DNA from: Pristiophorus japonicus
Taxonomy: Eukaryota
Direction of reading: 5' to 3'
DNA length: 64,000 nucleotides
Assembly: GCF_044704955.1 (NCBI RefSeq)
Contig: NC_092003.1
Span: 8,494,001 to 8,558,000 of the forward strand
A model generated the notes under the pieces. That model saw only the letters and a program-made list of their open reading frames with translations. It searched no databases and was not told the origin of the DNA. How positions within the stretch are numbered: the stretch's first letter is position 1; every line of letters begins with the position of its first letter. This document shows, one piece after another, positions 24,701-34,603 of this stretch. The position numbers and the translations under genes are program-made.

Positions 24701-26362
24701 TTTATCCCTGCCGTCCAGGGGCCAGTATTTATCCCTGCCGTCCAGGGGCCAGTATTTATCCCCGACGTCAAGGGGCCATTATCCCTGCCGACCAGGGGCC
24801 AGTATTTATCCCTGCCGTCCAGGGGCCAGTATTTATCCCTGCCGTCCAGGGGCCAGTATTTATCCCCGGCGTCCAGGGGCCAGTATTTATCCCCGGCGTC
24901 CAGGGGCCAGTATTTATCCCTGCCGTCCAGGGGCCAGTATTTATCCCTGCCGTCCAGGGGCCAGTATTTATCCCCGACGTCAAGGGGCCATTATCCCTGC
25001 CGACCAGGGGCCAGTATTTATCCCTGCCGTCCAGGGGCCAGTATTTATCCCTGCCGTCCAGGGGCCAGTATTTATCCCCGGCGTCCAGGGGCCATTATCC
25101 CTGCCGACCAGGGGCCAGTATTTATCCCTGCCGACCAGGGGCCAGTATTTATCCCCGGCGTCCAGGGGCCATTATCCCTGCCGACCAGGGGCCAGTATTT
25201 ATCCCTGCCGACCAGGGGCCAGTATTTATCCCCGGCGTCCAGGGGCCATTATCCCTGCCGACCAGGGGCCAATATTTATCCCTGCCGTCCAGGGGCCAGT
25301 ATTTATCCCCGGCGTCCAGGGGCCAGTATTTATCCCTGCCGACCAGAGGCCAGTATTTATCCCTGCCGACCAGGGGCCAGTATTTATCCCTGCCGACCAG
25401 AGGCCAGTATTTATCCCTGCCGACCAGAGGCCAGTATTTATCCCTGCCGACCAGGGGCCAGTATTTATCCCCGGCGTCCAGGGGCCAGTATTTATCCCTC
25501 AACCGACATCACAGCAACAGATGATCCGGTGATTATCACATCGCTGTTTGTGGGAGCTTGCTGTGCGCAAATTGGTGGCCCCGTTTTTTTTACATTACAA
25601 CAGTGACTACACTCCAAAAGTACTTCACTGGCTGTGAAGCGCTTTGGGACGTCCAGTGGCCCTGAAAGGCGCTATATAAATGCAAGTCTGCCTTTTCTTT
25701 CACACCCGACACCATTGACAGGGTGAATGCAGTCAGAAAGCCCTTCGCACCCACGCCAGTCGCAGTGACACCACTCAGGGTGGTCTGAACACCACAATTT
25801 GCAGGGCCTCACCGGCCTGGGGCTGAGCCTGGGCCTCGCTGGGAGGCTTCTGGCCGTTCTCCTCTTGCTTGCTCCCGGCTTTTTCCGCCTCTTGCTCCTC
25901 CTGCCCGGGCTGCTGCTGCTGCTCCTTGTCCGCCTGCTCCATGGCCTCGAGCTTCTGCTCCCCCTCGCCTTGCTCTTGCCCCTGCTCCTCCGGCCGAGGC
26001 TCAGGCTGGGTAGGCCGCACCTCATCCTCGGCCTCGCCCGCGGCGCGCTGCCGCCCCTCGGCTTTTTCCTCCATTTCCTCCTCGTCGTCCTCGGCCAGGA
26101 GCTCGTCCTCGTCCTCCTCCTCCTCGTCGTCGTCCTCTTCCTCCTCGTCGCCGCCGTCGTCGTCGTGGCGGCGCTGGCGCTGGTAGGCCTTGCTAGGCCG
26201 CGCCTCGTCGCCGCCCGCCTCGTCGCCCAGCAGCTCGGCGTCCAGGGCCTCCTGCAGCCGCTGCGCCAGCTCGGCCTTCAGGCCGCGGGCGTCGAGGCCC
26301 CGCTCCTGCAGCTCCTGCCGCAGCTCGGCCACCTTCATCTTCTTCACGTCCAGGCCGCTCAT
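3716..26362 (-). CDS. HNRNPUL2: Heterogeneous nuclear ribonucleoprotein U-like 2, complete 14-exon CDS (2286 nt, 761 aa)
   Basis: Exons 25813-26362, 18439-18604, 16811-16887, 15985-16124, 14313-14412, 14063-14175, 12932-13195, 12232-12354, 11152-11280, 9674-9842, 8832-9017, 7468-7568, 4302-4409, 3716-3775. All introns are GT-AG with consistent phases. Domains: SAP, acidic tract, SPRY, P-loop (GMPGVGKT), RY-rich tail. Motifs such as [24 protein letters not shown] and YRDYYREY match recalled human HNRNPUL2 better than HNRNPU or HNRNPUL1. Confidence 0.93.
4302..4409 (-). CDS. HNRNPUL2: HNRNPUL2 exon 13
   Basis: [36 protein letters not shown]. Confidence 0.9.
4855..5362 (-). mobile_element. CR1 LINE 3' fragment
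   Basis: [27 protein letters not shown] + CR1 3' UTR. Confidence 0.88.
5370..7445 (+). mobile_element. L2 LINE 3' fragment interrupted by a CR1 insertion (6424-7289)
   Basis: L2 RT motifs [28 protein letters not shown]; CR1 C-terminus inside; L2 tail ATATAAATACGAGTTGTTG. Confidence 0.85.
7468..7568 (-). CDS. HNRNPUL2: HNRNPUL2 exon 12
   Basis: [34 protein letters not shown]; TAG acceptor and GTAAGA donor. Confidence 0.88.
7990..8475 (+). mobile_element. Degraded CR1 fragment
   Basis: [25 protein letters not shown]. Confidence 0.75.
8832..9017 (-). CDS. HNRNPUL2: HNRNPUL2 exon 11
   Basis: [38 protein letters not shown]...[10 protein letters not shown]. Confidence 0.94.
9674..9842 (-). CDS. 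HNRNPUL2: HNRNPUL2 exon 10
   Basis: [56 protein letters not shown]. Confidence 0.95.
10525..11010. repeat. 39-bp minisatellite (~12 copies)
   Basis: Unit TGCTGTTTAAATAGATACTGTAGACTGTTTGCCGTAGTG. Confidence 0.9.
11152..11280 (-). CDS. HNRNPUL2: HNRNPUL2 exon 9
   Basis: [43 protein letters not shown] (Walker B-like). Confidence 0.94.
12232..12354 (-). CDS. HNRNPUL2: HNRNPUL2 exon 8 (Walker A)
   Basis: [41 protein letters not shown]. Confidence 0.95.
12365..12890 (-). mobile_element. tRNA-derived Deu-domain SINE (SacSINE1/AmnSINE-like) with internal 33-bp repeats
   Basis: Deu core TGTGGGAGCTTGCTGTGTGCAAAT.., head CAGCCGTGGCTCAGTGG, tail CTATATAAATGCAAGT. Confidence 0.8.
12932..13195 (-). CDS. 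HNRNPUL2: HNRNPUL2 exon 7
   Basis: [15 protein letters not shown]...[26 protein letters not shown]...DACE. Confidence 0.95.
13488..13905. repeat. ~69-bp minisatellite (~6 copies)
   Basis: Unit GGGAGCTTTACTCTGTATCTAACCCCGTGCTGTACCTGCCCTGGGAGTGTTTGATGGGACAGTGTAGA. Confidence 0.9.
14063..14175 (-). CDS. HNRNPUL2: HNRNPUL2 exon 6 (SPRY)
   Basis: [37 protein letters not shown]. Confidence 0.94.
14313..14412 (-). CDS. HNRNPUL2: HNRNPUL2 exon 5 (SPRY)
   Basis: [34 protein letters not shown]. Confidence 0.92.
15035..15515 (-). mobile_element. CR1 3' fragment
   Basis: [17 protein letters not shown]. Confidence 0.8.
15640..15966 (+). mobile_element. RTE-derived short non-autonomous element
   Basis: Ends GTGGAAGCAAGTCATCC..GAGGGACTGCCTA(TGA)n like the RTE copies in this window; related copy at ~63490-63790 (-). 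Confidence 0.6.
15985..16124 (-). CDS. HNRNPUL2: HNRNPUL2 exon 4 (SPRY)
   Basis: [47 protein letters not shown]. Confidence 0.95.
16811..16887 (-). CDS. HNRNPUL2: HNRNPUL2 exon 3
   Basis: [25 protein letters not shown]; CAG acceptor and GTAAGT donor; not in ORF track. Confidence 0.9.
18439..18604 (-). CDS. HNRNPUL2: HNRNPUL2 exon 2
   Basis: EKPNSEQ...[26 protein letters not shown]; AG/GT borders, phase 1->2. Confidence 0.88.
19865..20465 (-). mobile_element. CR1 3' fragment
   Basis: Same family as 40057-41540. Confidence 0.88.
20495..20790 (+). mobile_element. tRNA-headed SINE
   Basis: A/B-box-like head (TAGCATGGTGG...GAGTTCAAATCCC); 3' part shared with the LINE tails at 45335 and 49770. 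Confidence 0.6.
21320..22345 (-). mobile_element. Cluster of three 5'-truncated Deu-SINE copies
   Basis: Repeated TTGCATTT..AGCGCCT..CAGCCAAT.TGCGCACAGCAAGCTCCCAC. Confidence 0.75.
23865..25690 (+). mobile_element. Full-length Deu-SINE expanded by an internal 27-bp array
   Basis: tRNA head at ~23865, array at 24137-25500, Deu domain and tail at 25500-25690. Confidence 0.85.
24137..25500. repeat. 27-bp minisatellite (~50 copies)
   Basis: Unit ATCCCCGGCGTCCAGGGGCCA(A/G)TATTT; some 22-bp deletion variants. Confidence 0.95.
25813..26362 (-). CDS. HNRNPUL2: HNRNPUL2 exon 1 (SAP domain + acidic region)
   Basis: [41 protein letters not shown]...; donor G|GTGAGG. Confidence 0.95.
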
Positions 26363-26569
26363 CCTCCTCCTCCTCCTCCTCCCTCCTCCCTCCCTCCTCC
26401 TCTCGCCGGCGCGCCAAAACCAAAAAAAAAACCAAATTATTTTCCCTCCTCCTCCTTCCGTAAACAAAACAAAAAAAAAAACAACCGTTTCTTTTAATTT
26501 TTTTTTAAATTTCGACCGTTTTTTTTGGCCGTTTAACGGTCGGAAAAATAATTTTTTATATTTTTTTTT

Positions 26570-27030
26570 AAAAAAACAAAATGGCGCCCGACCAGCTCCG
26601 GACGCCGCGCACTTCCCGCCCCTCCTCGGTCCCCTTTGATTGACGCCGCCGTGCCGCCGTGGCTGATTGGCCCCCGCCCTTGGCAACTGGGCGGGACGCC
26701 GCGCCGGCCGCCAATGGGCGGCGCCCGCTCATCCTCCCCGCCCCCGTGGCGGCTGCTGCCGTCTCCTTTTCCCCTCCCGAAGCGGGATCAGCCGCGGGGT
26801 GGGCGGAGTCGCCGCCTCTCCGCCAATGGCCGGCGCCCGCACAGCCAGCCCGCGCAAGCTGGTCCGCTCCCGCTGCAAGCTGGTCCGCCAGTGGTGGGAT
26901 TCGCCGGCGGGTGGGCGGGGACGGCCGCTCTCCACCAATGGGCTTGCCCCGTACGTTGTTTTAATCTTCCCGCCGCTGAGATTGGGGGGGGGGGTTGCTG
27001 GCAAGGGCTGATGGGAAATGTAGTCCTGCC
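26570..27030 (-). promoter_or_regulatory. CpG-island promoter of HNRNPUL2
   Basis: Very CpG-rich. Contains a YY1-type AAAATGGCG (~26578), several CCAAT/ATTGG boxes (~26666, 26711, 26823, 26935), GC boxes, and GACTACATTTCCCA (ZNF143/THAP11-type) on the minus strand at ~27013-27026. Confidence 0.8.
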
Positions 27031-27489
27031 TGATCAATGATGGAGGAGGCAGCCATTCAGCCCCTCTAATCTGTCCATTTAATTCGATCATGGCTGATCT
27101 GTATCTTAATTCCATCCCCCTGCCTTGGTTCTCTTCATAAACTTTAATTTTCATGACCCTTAACACCCTTGCCGAATAAATATCAGTTAGTGACATTTTC
27201 AATTGACCCTGCCGCCTCAACAGCATTTATGGAGAGTTCCAGAATTCCACTACCCTTTGTGACAAGATTCCCTTTAATACCAAATGGAAACAGAAAATGC
27301 TGGAAACACTCAGCAGATCAGAGGCAGCATCTGTGACGAGAGAAACAGAAGTAAGGTTTCAGGTCAATGACCTCTCCAGTTTAAAAAAAGAAAGATTTTC
27401 ATTTCTATAGTGCCTTTCACGACTATCAGACGTCTCAAAGCACTTTGCAGCCAATGAAGTACTTTTGGGGTGTAGTCACTTGTAATGTG

Positions 27490-28195
27490 ACTGTGGCCGG
27501 CTGAGGAAGAAAGTGTTCGAAGATCAGGCCCTTAAATCTGGCACCAAGCTCATGGTCTACAGTGATATCCGCCCTCCTGTATGGCTCAGAGACTTGGACC
27601 ATGTACAGTAGACACCGCTGGAGAAAGACCACCAACGATGTCTCCGCAAGATCCTGCAAGTCCCCTGGGAGGACAGACGCACCAACGTTAGCGTCCTCGA
27701 CCAGGCCAACATCCCCAGCATCGAAGCACTGACCACACTCGACCAGCTCCGTTGGGCAGGTCACAATGTTCACATGCCCGATACGAGACTCCAAAAGCCA
27801 GCGCTCTACTCGGAACTCTTACACGGCAAGCAAGCCCCAGCTGGGCAGAGGAAATATTTCAAGGACACCCTCCAAGCCGCCCTGATAAAGTGCAACATCC
27901 CCAGTGACACCTGGGAGTCCCTGGCCCAAAGACCAGTCCGCCCTAAGTGGAGGAAGTGGATCCGGGAGGACGCTGAGCACCTCGAGTCTCGTCACCGAGA
28001 GCGTGCAGAAACCAAGCGCAGGCAGCAGAAGGAGCGTACGGCTAAACCAGTCCCACCCACCCCTTCCCTCAACAACTATCTGTTCCACCTGTGACAGGGA
28101 CTGTGGTTCTCGTATTGGACTGTTCAGCCACCTGAGAACTCACTTTTAGAAAGGAAGCAAGTCTTCCTCGGTTTCGAGGGACTGCTTATGATGAA
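27490..28195 (+). mobile_element. RTE-clade LINE 3' fragment nested in a Deu-SINE (27395-28455)
   Basis: LRWAGH..MPDTRLQKPALYSEL, C..CDRDC.SRIGLFSH zinc-finger end, (TGA)n tail. Confidence 0.85.
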
Positions 28196-28904
28196 ATATT
28201 GGCCAGGGCACTGCGGATAACTACCCTGCTCTTCTTCGAAATAGTGCCATAGGCTCGTTTACATCCACCTGAGCAAGCAGCCTGGAGCTCGGTTTAACGT
28301 TTCATCTGAAAGACGGCACTTCCCACAGGGCAGCACCACCTCAGCACAGCACCGGGTGTGTCAGCCTAGATTTTTGTGCTCGGGTCCCTGTTGTGGGACT
28401 CGAACCCACAACCTCCTGACTCAAAGGCAAGTGCGTTACCCACTGAGCCACAGCTGACCCTGGAAAAAAGTTGGCGATGGAACAGGTTTTAAGCAAGTGC
28501 AAGGGGCAGGGAAAGTGGGAAGGGAAGTTCTGTGATAGGATGGAGGGCAGGAGAGATTAAATGACAAAAGGGATGAAAGTACAAAGCAAATAGAGATGGT
28601 AATGGGAGAGCTAAAGAATCATCAATAGCTGCCATGTGCAAAAATAAGGGTAGAGGTTATGGACTGAAATTGTTGATTCGATGTTGAGTCCAGAAGGCTG
28701 TAAAGTGCCTAACCAAATGAGTTACAGTTCCTCGAGCTTACGTTGAGCTTCGTTGGAACAGGCCGCGGACGGAGAGATCAGAGTGGGAGTCGAGCGGAGT
28801 ATTAAAGTGACAGGCGTGTCACTTAACACCATGTGCTTTAATTTTTGCAACAAGTCTCTCATGTGGCACCTTAGCAAATGCTTTCTGGAAATCTATTATA
28901 TGAA

Positions 28905-30585
28905 CACAAGAACCTAAGAATTAGGAGCAGGAGTCGGCCATACGGCCCCTCGAGCCTGCTCCGCCGTTCAGTACGATCATGGCTGATCTTCGACCTCAAC
29001 TCCACTCTCCCGCCCGATCCCCATATCCTTTGATTGCCCTATCGATCTCAGCCTTGAATATACGCAATGTGTGAGCATCCACAGCCCTCTGGGGCGGAGG
29101 ATTCCAAAGATTCACCACCCTCTGAGTGAAGAAATTCCTCCTCATCTTAGTCTTAAAAGGCCCACTCCTTATCCTGAGACTATGCCCCCTAATTCTAGAT
29201 TCTGCAGACAGGGGAAACAACCTCTCAGCATCTACCCTGTCCATCCCCCTCAGAATCTTGTTTCAATTCGATCAACTCTCATTCTTCTAAACCCTAGAGA
29301 GTAGAGGCCCAATCTACTCAATCTTTCCCCATGTGACAACCCTCTCATCCAAGGGATCAAACCAGTTGATACGCTCATAATAAAGGATGAAACTGAGTAC
29401 TGTGTACAATGAACAAGTGTGACCTTAGCTCCCTTAATAAGACTCTAGAGTGCAGGTACCTCTTGGGTGGCCTGCTTATATACCGTGCTCCCAGGGGATG
29501 CTGGGATCCCTTGGGACTCCAACAGGTAGGCTCTCTGGTGGTAGAGTAATACAGGTTATAGGGGTTAAATACATAACACCAGTGAACCTTTATTGTACTG
29601 CCTCCAAGGCAAGTACGTCCTTCCTCAGATAAGGAGACCAAAACTGTGCAGCAACATCCACTGTATTTCCTTTATCAATACAGTTTGTACTTTTGTGCAG
29701 TTTGTACGGTTAAGCAACGCCTCGATTTCAAAATTCTCATCCTAATTTTCAAATTCCTCCATGGCCTCACCCCTCCCTATCTCTGTAATCTCCTCCAGCC
29801 CCACAACCCCCCCGGGATCTCTGCACTCCTTTAATTCTGCCCTCTTGAGCATCCCTGATTATAATCGCTCAACCATCGGTGGCCGTGCCTTCCGTTGCCT
29901 GGGCCCCAAGCTCTGGAATTCCCTGCCGAAACCTCTCTGCCTCTCTTTCCTCCTTCAAGACGCTCCTTAAAACCTACCTCTTTGACCAAGCTTCCTGCGC
30001 TAATTTCTACTTCAATCCGGAGAAGTGTGAGTTAATACATTTGGGGAGAGCTAACAAGGTAAGGGAATACACATTAAATGGTAGGACACTGAGAAGTGTA
30101 GAGGAACAAAGGGATCTTGGAGTGCAGGTCCACAGATACCTGAAGGTTGCAGGCCAGGTAGATAAGGTGGTTAAGACGGCATACGGAATACATGCCTTTA
30201 TTAGCCGAGGCATAGAATACATGAGCTGGGGGGGGTGTTATGCTTGAACCGTACAAAACACTAGTTAGGCCACAGCTGGAATACTGCGTGCAGTTCTGGT
30301 CACCGCATTACAGGAAAGATGTGATTGCACTGGAGAGGATACAGAGGAGATTTACGAGGATGTTGCCAGGACTGGAGAATTCTAGCTATGAGGAAAGATT
30401 GGATAGGCTGAGTTTGACAAAAACCTTTAAAAAGTACGTGGATGTGCACTTGAAGTGCCGTAACCTACAAGGCTACGGACCTAGAGCTGGAAAGTGGGAT
30501 TAGGCTGGATAGCTCTTTGTCGGCCGGCGCGGACACGATGGGCCAAAATGGCCTCCTTCCCTGCTGTAAATTTCTATATTCTACA
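28905..30585. mobile_element. CR1(-), L2(+) and CR1(+) fragments
   Basis: [13 protein letters not shown]; L2 3' end; [20 protein letters not shown]. Confidence 0.8.
29367..29578. mobile_element. Solo LTR (212 bp) inserted in a CR1 fragment
   Basis: TG...CA ends; 5-bp TSD CCAGT (29362-29366 / 29579-29583). Confidence 0.75.
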
Positions 30586-30707
30586 ATGTGTGAGGTGTAC
30601 AACAGAGATTGTAAGAGGAGATTGAATCAAGTTTTCTTTTAATGCAGGAAGGGTTTTTGATAGGATTAACAAAGAGTCGATGACAAGTGTCAATTTAAAC
30701 TCGTCAC

Positions 30708-31058
30708 TGTTAGATATGCACACTATAGATATACTCGCTTCAGTCACTGTAGACACTGCATAAGATGGAGACTTGTTACCTGATGTACTATCAATTAGGT
30801 TTACACTGTGTATATACTATGCTGGCACCACTAGAGGGTGCAACTGGTGGAGACCGGGGTTTCCTGCCCCTGTGGCAGAGGGCACTGCGGTGGGAGACCT
30901 GAGGATCACCTGCATAGGTGTGCAGGGCCCAGTATAAAAGGCTGCTCACCATGCTTGTGTCTCACTCTGGAGTTACGAATAAAGGACCAAGGTCACTACA
31001 GTTTGAGTACAACACATTGCCTCGTGGAGTCATTCACAAGTGCATTACAGACATAACA
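30708..31058 (+). mobile_element. Solo LTR (351 bp)
   Basis: TGTTA...TAACA ends; TATAAAA ~30933; AATAAA ~30978; flanks GTCAC/GTCAT. Confidence 0.7.
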
Positions 31059-31690
31059 GTCATGAAGACCAAGGAGAGAGCGTAGGAGACATTTCTTGGC
31101 GGAGAGGGTGGTAGGAGCAGGGAATGCCATGCCACTGGGAGTGGTTGAGGCGGAAAACATTGCACCTTTGATGGGAAACGAGGACACAGTTTTGAAGCAA
31201 AGGAAAATACAGGGCTACGGGCAGAGATTGAGGCCAATGGGGTTCACAGAAACATAGAAATTTACAGCGCTGAAGGAGGCCATTTTGGCCCATCGTGTCC
31301 GCGCCGGCCGACAAAGAGCCGCACGGCCCTCGGTCAGCAGCCCTGAAGGTTACATATAAACCTATGAACAATGAACAATGGCGGACAGATAAAGAGCATC
31401 CAGCCCAACCAGTCCACCCCATACAATTGCGATCATATATCATATCATCATCATCATAGGCAGTCCCTCGGAATCGAGGAAGACTTGCTTCCATTCTTAA
31501 AATGAGTTCTTAGGTGGCTGAACAGTCCAATACGAGAACCACAGTCCCTGTCACAGGTGGGACAGACAGTGGTTGAGGGAAGGGGAGGGTGGGACTGGTT
31601 TGCCGCACGCTCCTTCCGCTGCCTGCGCTTGGTTTCTGCATGCTCTCGGCGATAAGACTCAAGGTGCTCAGCGCCCTCCCGGATGCACTT

Positions 31691-32360
31691 TGTTAGCGTT
31701 AGTGTTTTCTTAGAAGAATCACTCAACACTCAGGGTCGGTTCCAATGCTGAAGCAGCTTTTATTACGCTCAGCGGGAAGGAAAAACTCAGGACCGTATCC
31801 AGGTTTCTCTTGACAGAACAAAGAGTTACATGTACCTTTATATGTTTCACAACAGTTACAAAACAGTTTACTGCAGCTACACAGCCCATCACGGCTGGAC
31901 ACAAGCCAATCACAATGATTATAGATTACATATAGGTTATTTTAACCCAATAGAATTCCCCTTATGTCTCAGGAACCATGTGTTCGTCTTTTGTCAGCTT
32001 GGGCTGATTGATATAGGTTCTCTCACTAGTTCTTTCTTCTTGGAGAAATAATTGGTATATAGCCTTGTTTACAGCAAATGGTTTCCCTCTTATCTTTCTT
32101 CCTGAAATAATTGGTTTCATGGCCTTGTTCACAGGAGATGGTTTCCTTCTTATCTCTGTCTTCCCAGGCATTCCTACAGTGGGCCTCACAGGGTTATTGC
32201 TCGGTCAGTGAACGTTCAACAGTTCACAGTTTGACTACCTGATTTCCCATAATGCCTGGGCAGCCATTTTATGTGTGTGTCCATTTAAGCTTATGTGAGT
32301 TTTAAATATCCAGCAGGTGCCTAATGCCTAAGTCTATATATATTTCTACTCTCTACAACA
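31691..32360 (-). repeat. 3' LTR
   Basis: Identical to the 5' LTR by eye except 31812 G vs 37365 C; TATAAA at 31837-31842; AATAAA at 31759-31764; preceded by the PPT. Confidence 0.95.
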
Positions 32361-32361
32361 A

Positions 32362-32373
32362 TTCCCCCCTTTC
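32362..32373 (-). other. Polypurine tract
   Basis: GAAAGGGGGGAA immediately before the 3' LTR. Confidence 0.9.
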
Positions 32374-32499
32374 GGTAAAGGGACTAGTCCTAGTCCCCTT
32401 TTAACCGACCGTACTGCCTTTATCTGATATTTGTGCACTGCCCGGTACTCCTTGCCTCAACGTGCTGGCCAGTCACGCGGTTTCAGGAGTCCCGGTTGC

Positions 32500-34603
32500 T
32501 TAGATCAAATTAACAAAGGCTAGCTCCTCCCGTCCCCTTATCAAACAGGCTTGTTTAATATCCAGGGAACGGTGATTGGTCCGTTTCCGCCGTTTGTGGC
32601 GCCTGCATACCTGGCAGGCCATCACGCCCCATGTTATTGCTAAGATTAATTGTATTCCGACCAGTGTGTGTGAAATAATTCGAATCCATGGGTGGATATT
32701 CACATTTATTCCCCAGTCCCAGACCTTTCTCCACCAACTCTGACTTTGTAAGTCTACCTCGGTATCTTCTTTGATTTTAGTTTGTAGCTGGTGATAGAGT
32801 TTTACAGATTGACCCACTCTGAGCCTCAACTCCCGTAATACTTAGGTTAGATGTGGGATAGGGACCTGCTCTGGCTCGTCATAATCCTGCAAATGATCAT
32901 GGAGCTGATCAGTTACTTCAATAACTTCGGACTTCCGGCGCCTAACCTGGGTGATATGCGATTGCCCGATTGCGACAGGTCGTAGTGGTGTAAAGCAAAA
33001 GTTTGGCTGCGGTATAGGGCACTGCAGGTCATTATACTGGTATGAACGCTCAGTAGTAGAGACGCAGTATCTTCCCCTCCCTCCGTAGCCTTCCCTCGCG
33101 AAGTGCATGTGTGCGGGCACTATTTCTAGTACACACCCGTTGGTTCGGTTAAACCCGCACTCGTCTAGTTCCCCTCGGCCCACCGGGTGAGGGCATACTG
33201 TGATTTCCCCCCTTTGCTTGCAATCTGCTAGGGAAATCCCAGTAAGTATGTTGTTTCGACGAACGGCAGAGGTGGTGGTTAGGTAGTAGCGAATGGAGAC
33301 ATTTTCCCGTATTACTCCGATATTCTCTAGTTGGTATAAGGGGAACGGCCCTGAGTCCGGCGTTGCTATGGGGATCAACAGGACTATCCCTATCCCGGTA
33401 GTCCTACCCATCTGGCAATCTGGAATTGCGGGGTATACTCGGGTCAGTCCCTTCAGAGTACAATTATCCAGTGTCCCCCTTTGGTTCGCCAACTGAGCCA
33501 AATGTGAACTGTCTATCCAATCGGGTACTTCCCCGCGTTGGATCTGGTCGAGGTTGTGGCGGATCTGTCCCACCATCCACAGACCATAAGCATGACAGAG
33601 TTGCCCCTGTCTTTGCTTTATTGTATCTTCTTGTTCTCTATCAATGAGGTGATTGATGGTTTTAGCGTGAGCTTCCAGGACTGAGATGCCATCCAACTGG
33701 ATTTCGGCACCCTCCTTTCCTAGGTTGGCCTGGTCTTCCTGGTTTTGCTCCACCCTCTCCAATAACCCCTTCATCACCCCTTTAAGCTGTTCTACCCTCT
33801 CATTTAGCCCTTGTATGTCTATCGAGTTCACTACGGAGGTTCCTGTATTGAAAACGGTAGCAACATCATTTACTATTTCCCTCTTCACCCTGGGTGCTAA
33901 CCCCTGTCCCCGGAACTTACTGGCACCCATGGCATCGGCAGCCTGCTGCATTACGACTTTACTTAATACATTGTACATCTTCCTTGACTGTTCGGTACAA
34001 TATTCCGGCATCTGGATGCCTGAAATATTGATCAGAACAGGCACAATTTCATGTTTAACATTATCATACAATAATTCCCCTTCGTTGTACATTGCAATCC
34101 CATTTTCTGGTCCCTTAGTAGTTATGGGACAAGGCAGTTCTTCGGGCAATGTAGTGATTCTTATGGGGCGCGGTGTCGGAGGGGGTGAGAAACATACATA
34201 CAATTATATTGCAGCCGCCCCCGCCTCCTCGTAATACCCACACAGCCCCATTCCCTTCTTGCGGATGACTGATTGCTGGGATTGTCCCGGAGGCGCGCAA
34301 ATTATGCCAAAAGTACATTTATCAGGCCCTTTGACATCCCTCCGTTTAATGCATCTGCTCCTTATACCCGTGGAGCACTGTACACATACTCTTATTCTTA
34401 TTAGGATTCTTATTAAAATAAGTCCTGTCCTTGCTCCAGTCCTTGGCTGCTGGGATGCACATTCCGTCCGTTAAATTAAACAAGACTCCATAGTTCATAT
34501 AGTTGTTTATTTCCAGCGTGCTCTGCAATCCGTCGGTGTTGCCCAGGGTACGTGCCTGTCGCAGGGCTATCCATATTACGAGTAGCGCCGTTCGTATTCC
34601 CAT
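32500..34603 (-). pseudogene. env: Disrupted env, class-I fusion glycoprotein of F-protein-like architecture (~700 codons)
   Basis: Signal peptide MGIRTALLVIWIALRQART (ATG 34603); frameshift near 34390-34420; in-frame TAA at 34204-34206; furin site RVKR at 33880-33891; heptad region; Cys-rich domain; in-frame TAA at 32842-32844; Trp-rich MPER, TM helix and basic tail RRHKRRKR. Confidence 0.85.

Noticed and set aside
24134-25606. 490-aa ORF with (IPGVQGPVF)n, resembling collagen/elastin
   Set aside because: It is the translation of a 27-bp minisatellite inside a SINE, antisense within an intron; the frame drifts with deletion variants.
25775-26686. 303-aa ORF start upstream of the SAP domain
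   Set aside because: The N-terminal ~108 aa come from the 5' UTR/promoter with a non-ATG start; the homologous start is ATG 26362, and the ORF end runs into intron 1.
32842-34203. Domesticated (syncytin-like) intact env gene
   Set aside because: The 453-aa ORF lacks an in-frame signal peptide and TM because of flanking stops, and near-identical LTRs indicate a recent insertion rather than ancient co-option.
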